52,709 nucleotides of DNA from Chloroflexota bacterium (GTDB lineage Bacteria; Chloroflexota; Dehalococcoidia; Lucifugimonadales; UBA2985): assembly GCA_027622595.1 (NCBI GenBank), contig JAQBZZ010000006.1:1-52709 (forward strand). The letters run 5' to 3'. The notes under the pieces are model-generated. The model was not told where the DNA came from. It saw only the letters and a program-made list of their open reading frames with translations, and did no database searches. The translations under genes were made by a program, and so were the position numbers. Within the stretch, counting starts at the first letter, position 1. Every line of letters starts with the position of its first letter. Below, piece after piece: positions 48,741 to 52,709 of the stretch.

Positions 48741-49994
48741 ATGTCACACATGAACGAAGAGATAGTGTCCCAAACGGAAACGAAGCAACGCGCATCCTGG
48801 AACTTGATGATCGGGCTCGCCATGGGCCACGCTCTCAAGCACTTTTATCAGCAGGCATTCCTTCTCCTCATACCCTCGTTCAAAGAGGCCATGCTCTTGA
48901 GCGATGTCCAGGTGGGTCTCTTTGGCACAGCAAGGACGATTTCCAGTTCCATCATGAACATGCCCGCTGGCATCATCGCCGACATATGGCGGAGTAAGGT
49001 GGGTCTGATTCTGGCAGCCAGCCTCACAAGCCTGGCGCTGGGATACCTGATCATCGGCCTGAGCAACGTTTATTGGATCGTGCTTTTGGGAGTGGCCGTC
49101 ACAGGCTTGGGAACCTCCATGTGGCACGCACCGGCGTTTGGCACATTGGGAGCCATGTATCCTGACCGTCGAGCCACCGCCATGTCAGTCCATAGAATGG
49201 GAGGCTCGGTGGGGGATAGCATCTCTCCCGTAGTCATGGGACTGCTTCTGGGGGGTGTTGCCTTCTGGGGGCTGGAGTGGGGTGGATTGAGTTGGCGAGT
49301 ACTGGCCCTGATTTTGGTGGCCCCCGCCCTCCTTAGCGCCCTTGCGGTGCTGATATTCTATGGCAAAGCGAAGGGGGTGGAGGGCGCCAGCGGCACTCAA
49401 GACGTTGCTGCCTACATGCGCTCTGCTCGGGGTCTGCTAAAGAATGGCACCGTGGTGAGCATGGTTATGCTAACCAGCGTCCGCGCCATGGCCCACAACG
49501 GGCTAAACATCTTCCTCATCGTTTACATGGACGAGGACCTGGGGTTCTCGGCATTCACGATAGGCTATCACATAGCGCTTCTCACCCTCTTTGGCGTTGC
49601 CTCCGCGCCCATTCTGGGTTGGTTGTCCGACAAGATAGGCCGCCGCCCCATAATCTTCGTTGGCCTGGCCTCAATATCCATCCTCATCGCATCCATGCTT
49701 CAGTTTGGCGAAGGGCTGCCTTTCGCTCTTGTCCTGGCCTTGCTGGGTGTGTTCCTCTACTCAATCAATCCGGTTATGCTGGCCACAGCCATAGACGCTG
49801 TGCGCAGAGGGACCGAGGCCTCCGTGACAGCCCTGATGTTCACAGGGTCGGCCATCTTCGGCGCCATCTCACCGATCATTGCAGGGCGATTGCGTGAGTT
49901 GTACGGCATGGATGGCGTGTTCCTGTACTCGGCCGTTATCGTTGGCCTCGTCGCGTTAGCCGCTTTGTTTGTGCCAATGCGAAGGGCGTCCTAG
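48741..49994 (+). CDS. MFS transporter (Fsr-like)
   Basis: About 12 TM segments, G.LSDKIGRR motif A and WHAPA; AAGGAGG SD. Confidence 0.9.
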   Translation: MSHMNEEIVSQTETKQRASWNLMIGLAMGHALKHFYQQAFLLLIPSFKEAMLLSDVQVGLFGTARTISSSIMNMPAGIIADIWRSKVGLILAASLTSLALGYLIIGLSNVYWIVLLGVAVTGLGTSMWHAPAFGTLGAMYPDRRATAMSVHRMGGSVGDSISPVVMGLLLGGVAFWGLEWGGLSWRVLALILVAPALLSALAVLIFYGKAKGVEGASGTQDVAAYMRSARGLLKNGTVVSMVMLTSVRAMAHNGLNIFLIVYMDEDLGFSAFTIGYHIALLTLFGVASAPILGWLSDKIGRRPIIFVGLASISILIASMLQFGEGLPFALVLALLGVFLYSINPVMLATAIDAVRRGTEASVTALMFTGSAIFGAISPIIAGRLRELYGMDGVFLYSAVIVGLVALAALFVPMRRAS

Positions 49995-50016
49995 CCTAGG
50001 AGATGCAATTAAGCAG

Positions 50017-51090
50017 TCACATCCGAGGCCTTCTTCGTAAACTGTTGGCGATGCTCCGCAAGTGTTCAGCATCTACCGCGAAGGTTGCTGCACGCGTAAC
50101 CCTCTTGCTTCCTGCCGACACCCACTTCTTTGCCCAGAATGTCCATAGGACTCCTCCAGCAACCGTTACCATGAAGCCAAGAACCACAAAATAGGCCCAC
50201 GGCCACTTCAGTTCGGGCATGTTCTCGAAATTCATGCCGTAGATTCCGGCCAATAGACTAAGTGGCAGGAAGATGGAGGCCACAATGGACAGCACCCTCA
50301 TGGTCTCGTTCTGGCGATTCGCCACGGCCGATAGATAGAGAGACAGCGCCGTGTCGGCCCGTTCTATGAGCGATTGGTTGAGGTCCTCCATGCGGATGAT
50401 GTTGTCGTATACATTCCGGTAGAATATCCGGGCCTCCTCGCCGATCAGGCTGTAGTCACCTCTACTCAGTCTGTTCATAACCTCTCTCTGAGGGGCCATT
50501 GTCCTATGAATCCTCAAAGCCGAGCGCTTCAGTCTCAAGGTGACACTGAGGGTAGTATGATGTGGGTTCAGGATGGCTTCTTCCTCTATGGTCGCGGCAA
50601 CCTCTGTCATTTTGTCGATGGTTGGCAAGGCAAGAGCAACCAGGGCGTCCAGCATCGCATGAGCTAGGAATTGTGCTCCGTGCCTCATGTGGCTGCCATC
50701 CTCTTCAACCAATCGTGAAATGGTATCGATGCTAATCAGTGGAAAGTTGTGGTTACTCACGACATAATGGCTCCCCACGAAGAGCCCCAGCTCTGATACC
50801 CCAACCAGTTCACCTTGAGTGCTGTAATCAATCCCGTGACAGATGATGAAGATGTGGTCGCCGAAACTGTCCACCTTGGGTGGGTTGATACGTGTGCCCA
50901 CACAGTTTTCCACCGCAAGATAGTGGAATTCGAACACCTCAAGCAGGAACTCGCCGTCCTGCTCGGTAGTGTCGCTGACATCAACCCACAGGAGGCCTTC
51001 TTTGGAGGCAAAGGCTTCCTCAATATGTTGCCGGTCCATGTCTCGGTGCAATGTCCCATCCGGACTCAGGTAGTAGGCTTTGAACGACAT
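50017..51090 (-). CDS. corA: Magnesium/cobalt transporter
   Basis: LLWVDV, NETMRVLSI and the GIYGMNFENMPEL.W signature. Confidence 0.93.
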   Translation of the reverse strand: MSFKAYYLSPDGTLHRDMDRQHIEEAFASKEGLLWVDVSDTTEQDGEFLLEVFEFHYLAVENCVGTRINPPKVDSFGDHIFIICHGIDYSTQGELVGVSELGLFVGSHYVVSNHNFPLISIDTISRLVEEDGSHMRHGAQFLAHAMLDALVALALPTIDKMTEVAATIEEEAILNPHHTTLSVTLRLKRSALRIHRTMAPQREVMNRLSRGDYSLIGEEARIFYRNVYDNIIRMEDLNQSLIERADTALSLYLSAVANRQNETMRVLSIVASIFLPLSLLAGIYGMNFENMPELKWPWAYFVVLGFMVTVAGGVLWTFWAKKWVSAGSKRVTRAATFAVDAEHLRSIANSLRRRPRM

Positions 51091-51105
51091 ACGGCACCTC
51101 CTAAC

Positions 51106-51984
51106 TTACTGGCCAGAAATATTAGACACATCTTGGGGTGAGTTGCCAAAGTAAACCTTGGTGTGTGGCCAGGGAATCTCTATGCCTTCCTGATCGAACC
51201 GTTCCTTCAGCAGCTTTCTCAAGGCACCCGTCAGCGCCCACTGTTTCATGGGTTTGGTATCGGCCAGAATCTTGATCTCTATACCGGAGTCGCCGAAGTT
51301 GTTCACGCGTTCCACTTTGGGCGCTGTAATCAGATCGGGCCCCATGACAGGGTCGGCCTTCATCTGTTCGCCAACCTCATTTATGACGCTGAACACGTGG
51401 TCAAGGTTTACGCCGTAGGCGACCGGCATATCCAGGTTTATCCTGGCCCACTCCCTGGTCAGGTTACTGGCGAGTTCGATCTTGCTATTGGGGATGTTGT
51501 ACACCGTACCATTGAGGTCTCTTAGAACGGTTCGCCTGAGACTCATCTCTACCACAAGGCCGCCAATCCCGGCCACCGTCGCTACCTCGCCGACCCGATA
51601 CCAGTCCTCCATGAGGATGAAGAAGCCGTGCAGATAATCACGCACTATGTTCTGGGCGGCGAAGCCGACAGCCAGTGAGGCAAGGCCGACGGTAGACATA
51701 ATGGGGCCCAGATTGACCCCGAGCTGCCCAACTATCATCAGAAAGGTGATGACGGAGATTAAGAACGTCCCGGAGCGGGTTATAGCCATGCTCAGGGTCT
51801 CTGAGCGCCGCGCCAATTCATCTTTGGATTCCTCACGGATTCTCGGTATCTGCATTGTTATGAGACGTATGATGACACGCCGAAGCACCAACCGAGCAAA
51901 GAATGCCAGTGCCAATATCAATACTATGGCACCAACGTTGCTCAGGACCTCGGACACACTAACCGTGAAATCAAATGTGGGCAT
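51106..51984 (-). CDS. Small-conductance mechanosensitive channel (MscS/YbiO-like)
   Basis: LAVGFAAQNIVRD...GFFILMED.YRVGE, IPNS and FDQEGIEIPWP; AGGAGG SD before ATG 51984. Confidence 0.9.
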   Translation of the reverse strand: MPTFDFTVSVSEVLSNVGAIVLILALAFFARLVLRRVIIRLITMQIPRIREESKDELARRSETLSMAITRSGTFLISVITFLMIVGQLGVNLGPIMSTVGLASLAVGFAAQNIVRDYLHGFFILMEDWYRVGEVATVAGIGGLVVEMSLRRTVLRDLNGTVYNIPNSKIELASNLTREWARINLDMPVAYGVNLDHVFSVINEVGEQMKADPVMGPDLITAPKVERVNNFGDSGIEIKILADTKPMKQWALTGALRKLLKERFDQEGIEIPWPHTKVYFGNSPQDVSNISGQ

Positions 51985-52300
51985 AGTTGGCCTCCTGAAG
52001 AAGTAGGTTATGGTATCTAATAGTACACAATTTATTGTCATCGTCCCCGCATAACCACTTTGGACTTTCCGCAATCTCAATCGAAGCACTAATCTCTGCT
52101 GGACTGTCAGGGAGCACATTTCAGCAAAAACCTGAGCCTGAGGACACGGGATGGTTATGACTATCGACCTGTCCGGCTCCCTGGCCGTCTGACTCGACTG
52201 GTACTGTTTCCTGGGTTACAATCAAGCCGTCCATGCATCTACTCAATAAGTTATTGAACTATCGGCATGAGGCAGTTAGAAAGTTCATAGGCATTTCAGA

Positions 52301-52642
52301 ATGGCGCTAGACAGAGGCGACTCTCCATTCAAGGACTCACTCTTCCAGATGCTCAGGACCAAGCGCTTCCGGCGAGCGATTTTCTTGGGTCTGATAGGGG
52401 CAACCGTGGTTTCCGGCATTACCATGGTATCCACACTCACGACGATCGACCTCGGCAGCGTCTTCCTCAGAAGCGACAATCGCTCCTTCGACCAAATCAC
52501 TCTGACTGAACCTGGAGTGGTGATCGGCAATCAGCTGGTAGCATTGGCAGGCGTAAATTCCGCAGCATCCGGAAACACCTCGCCAGGGGTGGAGGCCAGC
52601 AGCGCTCTACCATCCATCAACACGACGCTTGTCAGCTCCAAC
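52301..52642 (+). CDS. N-terminal part of a secreted or membrane-anchored protein, probably IS-interrupted (not in the ORF track because it runs off the window)
   Basis: ATG 52301 opens a frame to the window end: MALDRGDSPFKDSLFQMLRTKRFRRAIFLGLIGATVVSGITMVSTL... (basic then hydrophobic, signal-like), followed by an S/T/G/N-rich region. Confidence 0.6.
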
Positions 52643-52709
52643 TGTAGGGTGTCAGCACTTATTGGACACTTCGGGACCCGAGAGATTGGGGTGAAGGAGC
52701 TCCTCGTAT
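52643..52709 (+). mobile_element. Probable left end of an insertion sequence (IS481/IS3-like TGT terminus)
   Basis: TGTAGGGTGTCAGCACTTATTGGACAC resembles IS terminal repeats. It is followed by a GAAGGAG SD, and the window ends 8 nt later in 'AT', possibly a transposase ATG. Confidence 0.45.

Noticed and set aside
52285-52530. 81-aa minus-strand ORF
   Set aside because: It is the antisense of the plus-strand signal-peptide ORF starting at 52301.

Overview
Mostly core-genome bacterial DNA, moderately GC-rich. I infer Chloroflexota, probably Dehalococcoidia/SAR202-like, from the Chlor_Arch_YYY/DUF2298 protein and overall gene content. About 55 CDSs are supported, including ilvE, thrC, hom, rpsF-ssb-rpsR, glyA, hpf, comF, mfd, prfA-prmC, ruvCAB, a ktrBA/USP/trkA cluster, pheA, gap, eno, acnA, corA and mscS. 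I found no rRNA, tRNA or CRISPR array. Both window ends appear to lie in insertion sequences: an IS630-type right end at 1-68 and a probable IS left end at 52643-52709 that interrupts a secreted-protein gene. The most unusual elements are: (1) a reversed hicB-hicA toxin-antitoxin module inside the LOG-eno-gap operon, whose HicB carries an extra ~130-aa N-terminal domain; (2) a PAP2 phosphatase lacking both catalytic histidines, near a GNAT + MshA-like glycosyltransferase + PHP phosphatase cluster; (3) a 181-bp MITE with CTAG flanks at the ktrA stop; (4) switch-like structured 5' leaders before glyA and a SAM methyltransferase; (5) an AT-rich islet with an ORF interrupted by a single TAG; (6) a 1474-aa double GT-C membrane protein. 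All family assignments come from motif recognition by eye; no searches were run.
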